Assembly (NCBI GenBank): GCA_965240325.2
Contig: OZ251222.1
Coordinates: 3,658,001-3,722,000, forward strand
Direction: 5' to 3'
Length of the DNA stretch: 64,000 nt
From: Rebecca billardiae RCC1528
Taxonomy: Eukaryota; Protista; Haptophyta
Shown in pieces: positions 21,409 through 33,562 of this stretch; position 1 is the first letter of the stretch, and the number at the start of each line of letters is the position of its first letter. Below the pieces are notes generated by a model, which did not search any database, was not told the origin of the DNA, and saw nothing but the letters and a program-made list of their open reading frames with translations. The position numbers were made by a program, and so were the translations under genes.

Positions 21409-23652
21409 CTAGTGGTAGCTGTGGTAGCGCAGCAGGAGGTAGACCGCCGATATCGCGACGGTGATGGCGCACACCGGCACGCCTAGCCTCGCGAACGCGC
21501 CGAAGCTGATCGGCTTGCCGAGTGCCTGCATCACGCCCGCGCCGACCACGTTGGCGCTCGCCGCGACGATGGTGCCGTTTCCGCCCAGGCACGTGCCGAG
21601 CGCGAGCGCCGTGACGAGCGGCTCCAGCGGCAGCGCGGTCGCGGGCGAGTCTGCGAGCTGCTGCACGATCGGGATCATGGCGGCGGTGAAGGGCACGTTG
21701 TCCACAAACGCCGAGATGAGCGCCGACGAGGTGACGATCACGACGAGCGAGACGCCCAGCCGGATGTCGGCGGGCACGGCGGCGATCACGTGGGCGATCG
21801 TGTCGCCGAGCAGGCGCACCAGCCCGAGCCACTCGATCCCGCGCATGAAGACGCTCAGGCAGCCGAAGAAGAGCAGCGTCGGCCACTCGACGCGCTCGAG
21901 GGCGACGTCCAGGCCGGCCGGGTGGAGCGTGACGAGCAGCGCAGCGCCCCAGAGGGGCACCCACGCGAGCTCGACGTCGCCGATGAGCGGCCCGGCGCAG
22001 AAGAGCACGAGCACGCCGCACAGCACCGGCCCGGCGCGCGCGAGCATGCGCGGGTCGCGGATCGCGTACCGCTGGCTCAGCCGCGCCACCTGCGCCTCAA
22101 ACGCCGCCTCATCCATCGTCAGCGGCTCGTCGCCGCCGGTGGCGCCGTCGTCGGCGCCGTCGGCGCCGCGCCCGCCGCGCAGGCAGCCGAGCGCGGAGGC
22201 GGGGCCGGCGCCGCGCGCGCGGCGCGGCGCGGGCCGCGCGGGCGAGAGGCTGCCGTCGCGCGGCGCGGGCGCCATCGGCGCGGAGCGCGCGCCGCCGCCG
22301 CCCTCGTCGGCGCTCTGCCCCTGCCGGCTCGCACCGGCGCCGCCGCGCTTGCGCGCGCGCGCGGCCGCGGCCGCCGCGGCCGCCGCGCCGCGCTTGGGCA
22401 TCCAGAGCTCGCGCAGCGCCCAGTACAGGTACGCGCACGCGCCGAGGAGCGCGAGCAGCGCGCCGGGCGCGACGTGCTTCAGGAACATGCCGAAGGTCAC
22501 GCCCCGCTCGTACAGCGCGGACGAGATCATCACGTTGGGAGGGTCGCCGATCACGGTGGCGGCGCCGCCGATGTTGGAGGCGAGGATGGTGGCGGTGACG
22601 ACGGGGACGGCGGGGAGGCCGAGCACGTCGCAGAGCTGCACGGTGACCGGCGTGATGAGCAGCACGGTCGTCACGTTGTCCAGCACCGCCGACAGCGCCG
22701 CGCACACGAGGAGCGAGACGCACGGCAGCGGACGGCCGCGCGCGAGCGTGAACGCGCGGATCGCAAGGTGCTCGAACACGCCCGTCTGCGAGAGGTAGCC
22801 GACGATGAGCATCATGCCGAAGAGGAGCGCGACGGTCTCCGCGTCGACCCACCCGAGCACCGTCTGCAGCTGCACGCGCTCGCCCAGCGCGCCCATCAGC
22901 CCGAGCAGCAGCAGGCTGCCGCCGCCGACCGCCAGCAGCCGCGGCACGAGCTCGAGCGCAATCATCCCGAAGCACGCGACCACCATCACGCCGGCGAGCG
23001 CCCAGCGGTGGCGCCCGGTCGAGCTCATCTCCTGCGCCTGCACGACCACGGCGAACGCCGCGGGCACGTTCGTCCAGAAGTGCAGCCGCGCACGCCCGCG
23101 CGCGCGCCGCCCGAGGTCAAACTCGTGCCTGTGCTCGCTGATCGCGCTCACCTCCGAGCGGCCGGGCTCGGCGCGCTCGCGCTGCTGCCAGTGGCGCACG
23201 TCGTCGGCGAGCGAGATGTTCCACGTCCCCGCCGCCTCGTCGTCCAGCCAGCGCCCCTCCATCTCCGCGTACAGCTGCACCGTCGTCACGAGCACGGGGT
23301 GCGCGTCGTCGGAGAGGATCAGCCGGTTCGACACGTCGCGCAGCTCGAGCGTCGTGCGGATGATGGAGCGCGAGCGCTCGATGAGGGGCTGCCACGAGGG
23401 GCTCGCGGTGCTGATCGCGACGATGTGCTTGTGGTCCTCGCCGATCGCGCTCTCGCGGCAGTACGACACGAAGGTCACGCACAGCAGCACGGCAAACGCC
23501 GCGCGGCACACGCGCGACGCCGCTCGCGCGAGCACGCGGCCGTGGGCCGCGGGCGCGGCGGGCGTCGGGGCGGGTGCGGGGGCGCGCTCGAGCTCGACCG
23601 CCTCCACGTCGCCACCGAGGTTGGCGAGCTCGACGAACCCGCCGGCGGGCAT
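21409..23652 (-). CDS. OCA2/P-protein-like transporter (ArsB/NhaD/CitMHS superfamily)
   Basis: SAVLDNVTTVLL, ASNIGGAATVIGDPPNVMI, ISAFVDNVPFTAAMIP, LALGTCLGGNGTIVAASANVV. N-terminal TM plus luminal domain as in OCA2. Confidence 0.92.
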   Translation of the reverse strand: MPAGGFVELANLGGDVEAVELERAPAPAPTPAAPAAHGRVLARAASRVCRAAFAVLLCVTFVSYCRESAIGEDHKHIVAISTASPSWQPLIERSRSIIRTTLELRDVSNRLILSDDAHPVLVTTVQLYAEMEGRWLDDEAAGTWNISLADDVRHWQQRERAEPGRSEVSAISEHRHEFDLGRRARGRARLHFWTNVPAAFAVVVQAQEMSSTGRHRWALAGVMVVACFGMIALELVPRLLAVGGGSLLLLGLMGALGERVQLQTVLGWVDAETVALLFGMMLIVGYLSQTGVFEHLAIRAFTLARGRPLPCVSLLVCAALSAVLDNVTTVLLITPVTVQLCDVLGLPAVPVVTATILASNIGGAATVIGDPPNVMISSALYERGVTFGMFLKHVAPGALLALLGACAYLYWALRELWMPKRGAAAAAAAAARARKRGGAGASRQGQSADEGGGGARSAPMAPAPRDGSLSPARPAPRRARGAGPASALGCLRGGRGADGADDGATGGDEPLTMDEAAFEAQVARLSQRYAIRDPRMLARAGPVLCGVLVLFCAGPLIGDVELAWVPLWGAALLVTLHPAGLDVALERVEWPTLLFFGCLSVFMRGIEWLGLVRLLGDTIAHVIAAVPADIRLGVSLVVIVTSSALISAFVDNVPFTAAMIPIVQQLADSPATALPLEPLVTALALGTCLGGNGTIVAASANVVGAGVMQALGKPISFGAFARLGVPVCAITVAISAVYLLLRYHSYH

Positions 23653-23893
23653 CCCGCGCCGCCCGTCGTCGTCCGCCGCCGCTCTGCGAGCGCGCGGATG
23701 CGCCTCGGCCCGCGCGTCGTTTGCAAAGCCTCACAGCAGCGCAGGACCAGGTCTGGAGCAACGTCCGGCGCCCACGGAGTTTCGTCCGCAGAGCAGACGG
23801 AGCAGGAAGGGCCGCGGCTCGACGCGAAGCTGCTGCATCGATTGCGAGCGTCGAGGGCGGACGGGCGGCAATAAGCCCGCGACGCTCGCGAGC

Positions 23894-26800
23894 ATGGAGG
23901 CGTCGGAGTCGCCGTTCGTCGCGTTCGCCGACGACGAGGAGGAGCCCGATGTGATCGTTGGCCGCCGCTCGCTCTGGTCTCGCGCCGTCAGCGCGGTCAC
24001 ACGCGGCGCGCGCGGCGCGCGCGCCACGCTCGAGTCGGCGCTGACGAGGGAGCCGTCTGCGGACGAGCTCGAGCCGCTGGGCTCGCCGTCGACGACGGAG
24101 ATGGGCGAGCGCGCGAGCACACACTCGTGCTTCGAGCTCGCCTCGCCCGCCTTCCCGCAGCTCGCGCCCTTCACCGACCCGTCCGCGGCGTACGGCGGCG
24201 GTGACGAGCCGTCAGCGATGCGCGCGGCCGCCGAGCCGATGCTCGGCGGCGGCGGCGGCGGCGCGGAGTGGAGCGAGTATGGCGCGGGCGCGCGCGCGCG
24301 TCGGGGCAGGTGGCGCACCAAGCCGACCCGCCGGCGCGCCGCGTGCGCCGCGTGCTGCGCGCTCCTCCTCGCGTACGGCGCGTGGGCGGCGCACGTGGCG
24401 TTGGGTCTGGCGGCGCTGGCGCGCTGCGCGGCGCCGGGCGGCGCGTGCGCCGAGCTCACGCTGGTGCGCGTCGGCTCGTTGTGCGCGCGGGAGGTGGAGG
24501 TGGAGGTGCACGCGGCCGTGCACTCGCCCTCGGGCGCCGCGCTCGCCGTGCACGCCGTGCGCCTTGTCGCCGAGCTCGGCGACGGCGGCGGCGGCGGCGG
24601 CGGCGGCGGCAGCGGGCGGCAGCCGCTTGGTGAGATGAGCGTCGATGCGCGGTTTGCGCCAGCCGCCGGCGCCGCGGCGGCGGCGGCGGACGGCGGCGAG
24701 GGCGGCGCGTGGGCGCCGGTGCTGCGCGCCGGGCACAGCGCGATGCGCGCGCGCGCGCGCCTCACGCTGCCCAACGCCACCGAGTTTGCCGCCGCGCTCG
24801 CGCCGCTTGCCGACCGCGCGGCCGCGCTCAGCGTCGCACTGCGAGTGCGCGCGGAGCTGGGCGTGAGCGCGCTGACGGGGTTCGAGGTGCGGCGCGGCGT
24901 GGACGCGGCGGCGCAGCTGGCATGCGTGCCGCTCGAGGGCGGCGCGCTCGCGGCCGGCTGGCGCTGCGGCGTCGGCGACGCGGACGATGTGCGCGCCGCG
25001 CCGCCGCCGCCGCCGCCGCCGCCACTTGCCCTGCGCGCGCGCTCGGCGCGCGCTGAGGTGCACCTGCGGCAGGGGATGGAGGCGGAGGCGACGGTGGGCG
25101 CCGAGCTCGAGCTGCCGCGCTCGGCGGTGCCGTTCGCGCTCGAGCTCGCCCTCCCGCCTCTCGCCGTCGCGCTCGGCCCGTCGGGCGGCGCCGTGCGCGC
25201 GGGCGACGGCGCGCCGACCGCGGCCGCGCACGCCGGCGGCGCGGCCGAGGCGGCCGGCGGGTCGGCCGCTCTGGCGGAGGCGCTGCTGCCCGTCGTGCTG
25301 CTGCTCGACGGCGTGAACGTGACGCGCGCGCAGAGCGGCGGCGCCGCCGCGCCCGCCGCGCTCGCCATCGCGCGCGCCCAGCTCAGCGCGCGCGCGCTCG
25401 CCACCACAGCCACCTCTGAGCGCGCGCTGGGCGCTCTGATGGCGGCGGTGGGCGCGGCAGCCGGGGGCGGCGGCGCGTGCGGCGTGGAGGTGCGCTTCCT
25501 GCGCGTGCACACGGCCGGTGGCGGCGGCGCGGGCTGCTGGCTCGAGGAGATGCTCGAGCAGCTGCCCGCGCTCGAGCTCGACCTGGGCGCCGCCGCCGAG
25601 CGCGCCGCGGCCGCGCGCGGCGGCGGCGGCGCCCGCGCGGCTGCCGAGCGCGCGGCCGGCGGCGCGGGTGCGGTGGGCGGTGGCACGCTGCTGGCGCAGA
25701 TGCTCGGCAGCGCGGAGGCGGAGGTGGCGGTGGCGGGCATGGCGGACGGCGACATCCGCTTCGAGGCGCGCGCGCTGCCCCTCCGCCTCGCCCGCCGCCT
25801 CCTCGACCCGACCGCCGAGCCGGCCGCGCTCGGCGGCGGCGCCGGCGGCGGCCTGCCCCGTGCGGCGGCGGCGGCGGCGGCGGCGGCGACCGCTTGGGGG
25901 GCGGCCGACGAGGGCTCGGCGGTGGAGCTGACGATCACGTCGGACAGCGCGCTCGGCGCCGCGCTGCGCGAGCCGCCGGCCGGGCCCGACGCCCCGCCCC
26001 CCGGCGCGTGCGACCCCGACTCCGCCGGCCTGCTGTATGCGCGGCTGCTGCCGTTTGAATTCCGCGGCGAGGCGCTCGGCGCGGCGGCCTCGGCGGCGCG
26101 CGGGGCGGGCGGGCGCGCGGCGCGCTCTGTCGATGGGGCGGCGGCGGAGGGCGAGGAGGCGGCGCTGATCGTGCACGCGCACGCCGGCGTGCGCATCGAC
26201 GCGGCGCTGAACGCGAGCGCCGCGCACGCCGGCTGGGCGCGCCGCCTGTCCTGGTGCTCCGACGCGCCCCTGGTGCGCGCGCTGCTCCGGGGCGCGAGCG
26301 CGGCGGCGGGCGCGGCCGCGCGGCGCGAGGCGCGCAGCACGCGGTCGGCGGCGCGGCGCGCGGTCGGCGGCGGGGGCGGCGGCGCGCCGCCGCCCGCGTA
26401 CGCCGCGATCGTCACGTCCGGCGCGGACGAGACCGAGCTCACGCTCACCGCGGCTCACAGTGCGCTCCTCGCGCGCGCCGCTCCGTGCGGGCTCGTGCTG
26501 GGCGAGCTCACGCTCAGCACTGCCGCTGTGCACGGCGGCGGCGAGGGCGGCGGCGAGGGCGGCGGCGAGGGCGGCGAAGGTGGCGGCGGCGAAGGTGGCG
26601 GCCCCGGTGCGGAGCTCGAGCTCGCGCTGGACGAGGTGCGCGTGCACGCGCGCGGCGCCGAGGGCGCGGGCAGCGTGCGCGTGCACGCCACGCTGCGCGG
26701 CGAGCCGCCGCCGCCCGACGCGCCGCCGCGCCGGCTGGTCGGCCAGTTGCGTGTGCCGCCGTTTGCGCACCTGCCTGCGCGGCGCGAGGGGGTGCGCGTG

Positions 26801-29800
26801 GGCGCGGGCGCGGCGTCCGCGCTGCCCACGCTGCTCGGGCGGCTGCTCGCGAGCGGCGGTGCCGTCGCCCCCGCCGCCGCGCGCGGCCACGCCATGTACC
26901 ACACGCTCAGCCTGCTCCAGATCGGCTCGAGATCGCGGCTCGAGATCGGCTCGAGATTGCGGCGCGCGGCCATCCAGCGCGCGCGCGCCGCCGCGCCGCC
27001 GCTGCAGCCCGCGGCGGCGGCGGCGGCGGCGGACGAGGCGCCGGACGAGGCGGAGGGCGGCGTCGTGTTCGCCGAGGCGTCGCTGGGCGTGGGCGTGCGC
27101 GCGCCGCTCGAGCCGGGCGCGCGCCTCGACGTGCGCCTCCCCGAGCTGGCGCTGGGCGTGTGTGTGCACGCGTGGGGTAACCGCACGCGCGGCCGGGCGC
27201 GCGCGCGCGGCGCGGGCGGCGCGCGCGGCGACGGCGGCGCGTGCGTGCGGGTCGGCGGGCTGACCGTCGGCGCGCTCGCGCTGTCGACGCGGCGCGACGC
27301 GGCGGCGGCCCCGGCGCGCGGCCTCGCCGCCGCCGCGCGCGCCGCGCGCGCCGCGCCTCTCTTTGAGCTGCGAGTGGTCGCCGAGGCGGACACGGAGGCG
27401 GCGCGGCGCGAGGCGGCGCGCGTCGCGAGCTCGGCCGGAGCGCGCGTGCGCGTGGGCGGCGAGGCGGGCGCCGCGCACCTCGCGCGGCTGCTGCGGCTGT
27501 CGGTGCCGCTGCGGGGCGGCGAGGGCGGCGGCGAGCGCGCGGCCGGCGGCGAGGGCGAGGGCGGCGCCGCCGGCGAGCAGCACGCCGCCACCGCGCTCGC
27601 GCGGTGGCGCGCGCGGCGGCGTCGCCTCGGCCGCGCGCCGCCGGCCGCGTCCGCGCGCGCTCGATTCGTCGGGGTGCGACTGGCGGAGGCGGAGGAGGGC
27701 GAGGCGGCGGCGTTCGCGCGGCTGACCGCGCGGATCAACCGCGGCGCGCGCGACGCGGGCGCGCTGCCCACCGCGCCGCTGCTCGTGCGCCTGCCCGCGC
27801 TGCGGCTGCTGCTGAGCGCAGCGGCCGCGCGCGACGGCGGCGCGGCCGAGCGCGCCGCCGCCGGCGCGGACGGCGCGGCCGCGCGCGTGCACGTGCGCAC
27901 CGCGCCGGTGGCGCTCGACCTGCGCGCGGGCGCGCCGAGCGCGCTCGCCGCCGGCCTGGCGGAGGTGCGCCTGTGCGACGCGGACACGCCCGCCCTCTCC
28001 GCCCTCGCGCGCGCCCTGCGCCAACCACAGCCGCCGCCGCTCCGTGCGAGCCTAGGCGCACAAGTCGCAGACAACACGGCCGCGGGCGCGCTGCCGAGGG
28101 GCGGGTGCGCGCACCCGCCGCCGCGCGCGCTCGACGTGCGGTGGGCGCGGCTGCGCGCGCCGCGCGGCGGGGCGGACGGCCCGCGCCCCTCCGCCGCCCA
28201 GCTCGCCGCCTTCCTCCCCTCGCTCAGCCTCGAGCGCGCGCGCGCAGCCTCTCTCACCCTCTCCGCGCGCGCGCTCGCGCCCCGAGGCGGCGGCGGCGCG
28301 TCGGCGGCCGACGCCGACAGCGCCGACCTGTTCGTGGGGGCGGCGCGCGGCGAGGCGGGGGCGCAGCTGCGCGCGGGCGTGGACGGCGCGGCGCTCGCGC
28401 GCGCGGCGGGCGCGGAGCTCACGCTCGAGCTCGGCGCGCCGCTCGACCTGCGCGTCTGCGCCGAGGCGGACGAGGCCGCGGCCGCGCGCGGCGGCGCGGC
28501 GCGCGGCGGCGCGGCGCGCGCCGCCGACCCGTGCGCCGTGCGCGCGCGCGCGCGGCTCGCGCCGCTGACGGTGGACAGCGCCGCGGCGCGGCCGGCGGAC
28601 GCGCTGCTCGTGCTCGGCGCGAGCCTCGACCCCGCCGGCGCCAACGCGCTGCTCCGCGCCGCGCGCACCGCGCCGCTCTCCGCACGCGCCGAGCTGAGCA
28701 GCTGCGCGGGCCCGCTGTCGCGCGCGCTGTGCGCGCTGGCCGACGGCGCGCGGCTCGGCGGCGGCGGCGGGGCGGCTGGCGTGGTGCGCGCGCCGCTCGA
28801 GCTGCGCGTGCGCGTGCGCGACGGCGAGGCGCCGCACGGCGAGGCGGCGGCCGAGCTCGACGCCCGCGCCAACCGCACCGCCCTGCCCCCAGGCCTCAGC
28901 GTCGGAGCGCTGCTGCTGAGCGCGCGCGCGCACGTGAACGGCTCGGCCGCGAGCGCGCGCGGCTGGGCTCGCGCGCACGGCGGCGGCGGCGCGGCGGGTG
29001 CGGGTGCGGCGCTGGGCGGCGCGGAGGGCGCGGAGTCGCCGAGCATCGGCACGGTGCGCACGGATCGGCTGCGCGTGCGCGCCCGCGGCGCCGTCGAGCT
29101 GCGCGCGCGCGCGGCCGCCTCCCGTCCGCAGTCGGAGCGGCTTGGCGCGCTCCTGAGCTGGCTGAGTGCCACCGACGGGGCAGGGGCGGAGGTGCGGCTG
29201 AGCGGGGGGCTGGTGCGCGGCGGGCGCGGCGAGGGGCGTGGCGGGCGCGCGCCCGCGCGCGCGGCCGACGCGTGGTGGCGGGCCGACGCCGCCGGCGCAC
29301 CCGCCTCCGCGCCGATCCAGCTTGCGCTCGCGCAGCTGCCCGCGGCCGGCGCGGCAGGCTCGCGCGACACGCAGGCGTGCACGCGCGAGGCGGGCGTGCT
29401 GTGCCTCGGCGACCTGCTCAACGTGAGCGGCGTCGAGCTGGTCGGCGGCGGCGAGGCGGGCAGCGCCGCCGCCACGCTCCCGTGCATCTTCCCCGGCTCG
29501 ATCTGCGCCGACCTCAGCGTGGGCGCCGCGCGCGCCCTCGACGAGGCCGTCTATGTGGTGGACGCAACCGTGCAGGTGGGCGCGTGGCTGTCGAGCGGGG
29601 CGAGCCTCGAGCTGCCGGCGTGGCCGCTGGCGTGCGCGATCGACGGGCGGGAGCGCGCGGTGCTGCTGCGCACCGCGCCGCTCCTCGCGCGCGGCGGCCA
29701 GCCCGCCACCCTCCGCGCCACCGTGCGCGTGCGCGATTGGTACGCGATCGCGCGCGCGCTCGACGGCCTGGAGCACGGGCGCAACACGACGGCGCGGTGG

Positions 29801-30142
29801 CGCGGGGACGAGGAGGAGGGCGGCTCGCTGCTCGCCGCGCTCACGCCGGCGATGCCGCCCGAGCTGCTCGCCGCGCAGCCCGACGCGCCCCCGCTCCTCG
29901 CCTTCTCCCTCCCCTTCGCCCACCCCACGCCCATGTTCCCGCACGCGCGGCCGCTGCCGCCGATGTCTCTGCTGTCGACGGACGCGCACGGCGCGCGGCT
30001 CTCGATCACAGTCGAGCTGCACTCGCCGCTGCCCACGCGCGTGCTCGTGCGCAGCCCGCGCGTGGCGGTGCGGCTGCGCTCGGCGGACTGGGCCGCGCGC
30101 GCGCGCGCCGTGCGCGCCCAGCGCGGCGTCGCCGCCGCCACG

Positions 30143-30174
<32 letters not shown>

Positions 30175-32392
30175 CGCCGCCCTCGTCGCGACGGCGACGC
30201 TCGAGGGCTGCGACGAGGACGACGAGGGCGGCGGCGCGGCGGCCGAGGCGTGCGTGCTCGAGCTCGCGCCGGGCAACACCACCTTCGTCCTCTCCGCGCG
30301 GCTGCGCGCGCACCTCGGCCCGGCGTGCGCCGCGGAGCAGTGCTTCCTGCCCGGCGCGCCGCCGCCGCTCGAGTGCGTGCCGTGCGCCGTGTCTGGGTTC
30401 ATCTTCCTGGCGGCCTTTCAGCAGCCGATGCCGCTGGACGTGGAGCTGCGCGCGCAGCGGGCGCCGGGCGGGGGCGAGGGCGCGCCCGGCGTGGCGGGCG
30501 GCACCGCGCTCGCGCGCGCCTCGCTGCAGCTCTTCTCCCGCCCGAAGGCCACCTCGGACGTGCCCTCCGTGCTGCGGCTGCGCTCGGGCGCCTTCTTTGA
30601 CGCGCAGGCGCAGGCGACGCTGCTCGCGCCCGTGTTTGACCAGATGATCCACTTCGGGGTGAACGTGTGGCACACGATCGAGAAGTCGGTGCGGTCGGGC
30701 GTGAAGCCGTACGTCGAGCTCGCCCTCGGCGTGACCAACCCGCTCTCCTTCGGGCTGCACGTCGGCGAGGTGCAGGCGAGCGCGTGGATGCGCGACACGA
30801 ACGGCGTGCCGCACGCGGACGACGCGCCGATGGCCTCGCTGCTCGGCGACGGCTACGCGCCCGCGCGGCAGTACACGCTGGTGCAGCGGATCCAGAAGGT
30901 GGTGAACGCGAGCGTCGCGCCCGACGGCGTCTCCGCCATGTACGCCGTCTCCGCGCGCGTGCCGTGGGAGGCCGTCGCGCGCATCGTCGACGAGGCGTAC
31001 ACGCGCGCGCGCCTCTGCCTCCACATCGGCGCCGGGCTCGTGAGCGCGACGCTGCGCGCGAGCGCGCGCGCGGGCACGCCGCTGGTGGTGGGCGTGCCGT
31101 TCGACGTGTCCGAGGCGGGCGTGCTGCTGCGCCGCGCGTGCCACGCGCCCGCCGCGTGCGCGCGCGACGCGAGCACGGCGCCGCTGCCGCTCCCCGCCGT
31201 GAGCGACGCCGACGCGTGGGCGCTGCGCGGCGCGGCGACGCGCGAGCCCGCGCCAGGCGACCGCAGCGGCGCGCAGGACTCGGCGATCCGGCTGGTGGGC
31301 GGCAAGGGCGCGGCGGGCGCGGCGTGGCTGGGCGGGGGCGCGCTCGACGCGTCCGCGGGGCTGCGCCTCAGCTTCCGCTTCCGGCTCAAGCCGCGCGCGT
31401 GCCGGCTGCGCTGCGGCGAGCACTCGGGCGGCCTGGCGCTCGTGCTCGCGAGCCGCGTGCCGAGCGCGCCGCCCGCGCCCGCCGGCCAGGGCGGCCGCTG
31501 CCGCGCGACGCTCACGCCGCAGGACGCCAAGATCCCGGCGGTGTCGCCGCTGCAGCTGCACACGCAGGCGTCGTGCGCGGGGTACCGCGGCGTGGGCCAC
31601 TCGCTCGGCGTCGCGCTCTCGATCGACCAGTCCGCCCTCATCACCGCGCTCGACGCGAAGCGCGGGTGCGCGGCCGTGTGGGCGGGCGGCAACGTGAGCT
31701 CGACCGGCTCGGAGAAGGGGCCTGCGCTCGCGTACGCGCAGCTGCTCACGCACCGCGCCAGGCCGCTGCTCGGCGACGCGGCGCACGACGCGACGCTCGT
31801 GTGGCAGCCGAGCGCGCGCATGCTCTACCTGTACGTCGACGGCGCCGAGCACCCCGTCCTCGCCGCGGACGTCGAGCCGGGGCGCGCGGGCGGGTGGGAG
31901 CCCGCGCGCACGCACCTCGGCTTCACCGCAGAGAGCGCGCTGCAGCTCGACGCGCACGTGTGGGACGTGCGCGCGGCGACGCCCGTCGCGCACGCGCCGT
32001 CGAGCGCGCTCGAGCGCGAGCCGCTCGCGCTCTTCACCGCGTGCGCGGACGTGCACGTCACCCTCGACCCGCGCGACTCGTGCGGCTTCCCCATCGTCGC
32101 GCGCGGCGAGGACGGCGGCTGGGAGGTGAACGTGCGGCGCGCGCGCGCGCCCGCGCGCGCGGCGCGCGTGCTCGCCGTCGCCGCGCGCGCCGACGGCACG
32201 TTCGGCCTCAGCTTCCGCGCGCCGGCGGCGGGCAACTACACGGTGCTCGGCCGGCCTGCAAACTCGACCGAGCCGATGGCCGAGCTCGGCGTCGTCGAGG
32301 TCGAGGCGTGCACCCAGCCCGTGCGCCGCGACCCGTCGCCGTGGCGAGCGCCCGATGAGCCCCGCCAAGACCTCCGCCAACGACGGCTGTAG
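23894..32392 (+). CDS. Giant 2832-aa type II membrane protein: TM, LEA_2-like beta modules, legume-lectin-like domain, filamin/Ig-like repeat
   Basis: Uninterrupted 8.5-kb ORF from MEASES with a single TM (AACCALLLAYGAWAAHVALGLAAL). LEA_2-like motifs VHSPSGAALAV, LHSPLPTRVLV and VTNPLSFGLHV. Lectin-like WALRGAA..IRL..GAAW..LSFRF..GGLALV. Filamin-like RDSCG..DGTFGLSF..AGNYTV. Confidence 0.75.
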
Positions 32393-33562
32393 CCGGGGCC
32401 CACGTGTGGTCGCGGCGGCGACGGTGCTGCTGACCCGGCCAGTACCCGGCCGACGGCGCTCGGCCGAGCTTCTTCCGAGTGCTAAGCTCCCGCCGAGACG
32501 GCGCGCGGTCATTCGCGAGAGAATAACCGTGAGTCTGTCTGGTGTCGTGCGCATGCTGCTGCTGGCCGTCGAGTCGTCTGACGTCGGCGTCGCTGAACTC
32601 GTGCTGAGTCTCGTCACTGACACTGTGTCTGTGACTGACTGTGTCGAGTGTCGTCATCAGCTAAATTTCATCATCAGAAGCTGTCAGCAGCCGCCCCGCG
32701 CCCGATACGACATCATACAGCAGGTATGAGCCACGCCCGCCGCCGGCACCGCGCATTCAGACAGTCTCGGCGGAATGCTGCCGACTGACGAGTGACGTCT
32801 GACGACGTCACGACTGACGCCGTTACGGAGACGTGCGTCAGACTACGGTTGATTCGACAGTAATGGTCACTGCCGTGCATGTAGTCCGTGGCCGTATTGC
32901 CGTAGTAGGCTTCGTCCGCGGCCGCAACGGTCGTAGTTACTAGTTCTCACGGTCGTGCTGCCGTGCCACCAGTCACAATCGGGTCAGTCAATATAGTCAT
33001 CCTGATCCCTGCGGCCACGGCACTGCATGACGGCCGTTGATGGCGGGAGGTGGCCCGGAGCTGGCGGCGGACTCAGGCCTGACATAACTCCGATAAGTCA
33101 CAAGGTCAAGGCCTGACAAGGGCAATAAGGAGGCACCGAACCGCCGGCGGACGGAACGGCGGCCCAGGCAATTCCAGCCGCGCGCCGGTGACGAGAAGGA
33201 AGACGCGAACTGCCGCCGCTGTCGCCCCACGCCCGTGCGGGTGAGTCCAGTATTGTACGAAGAGGTTCTCAGGGACGTTCTTCTCACTTTTAATTAACGT
33301 ACGATCACTAGTTACTGCGTGATGAATATCAAGTTGGGATTTCATTGACGAGATGTCAGATGTGCGCACCCCGCCGCTGCCGCTGGATCCGCACCACGGC
33401 ACAAGATGATGCTCGTCAATACTACTACTACTACCGATATTAATCGAGATTTCCCGATGAATATGCTCGCCTTTGTGGTACGGTACGTAATCTTCATCGT
33501 GCCAACCTACTGCCCCGTACTTTGTCAGCTCAGCTCTCGTCCCCTTGCAGCTCTTGAGCGGG

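Noticed and set aside
22805-23893. N-terminal 363 aa of the 3195-aa ORF
   Set aside because: Largely overlaps the OCA2-like gene in antisense. ATG 23894 is the more plausible start.
23731-32623. Very long antisense and alternative-frame ORFs (e.g. 24212-28024, 28052-32623, and similar ones opposite most genes)
   Set aside because: Ala/Arg/Pro-rich shadows expected from extreme GC content and codon bias; no domain motifs.
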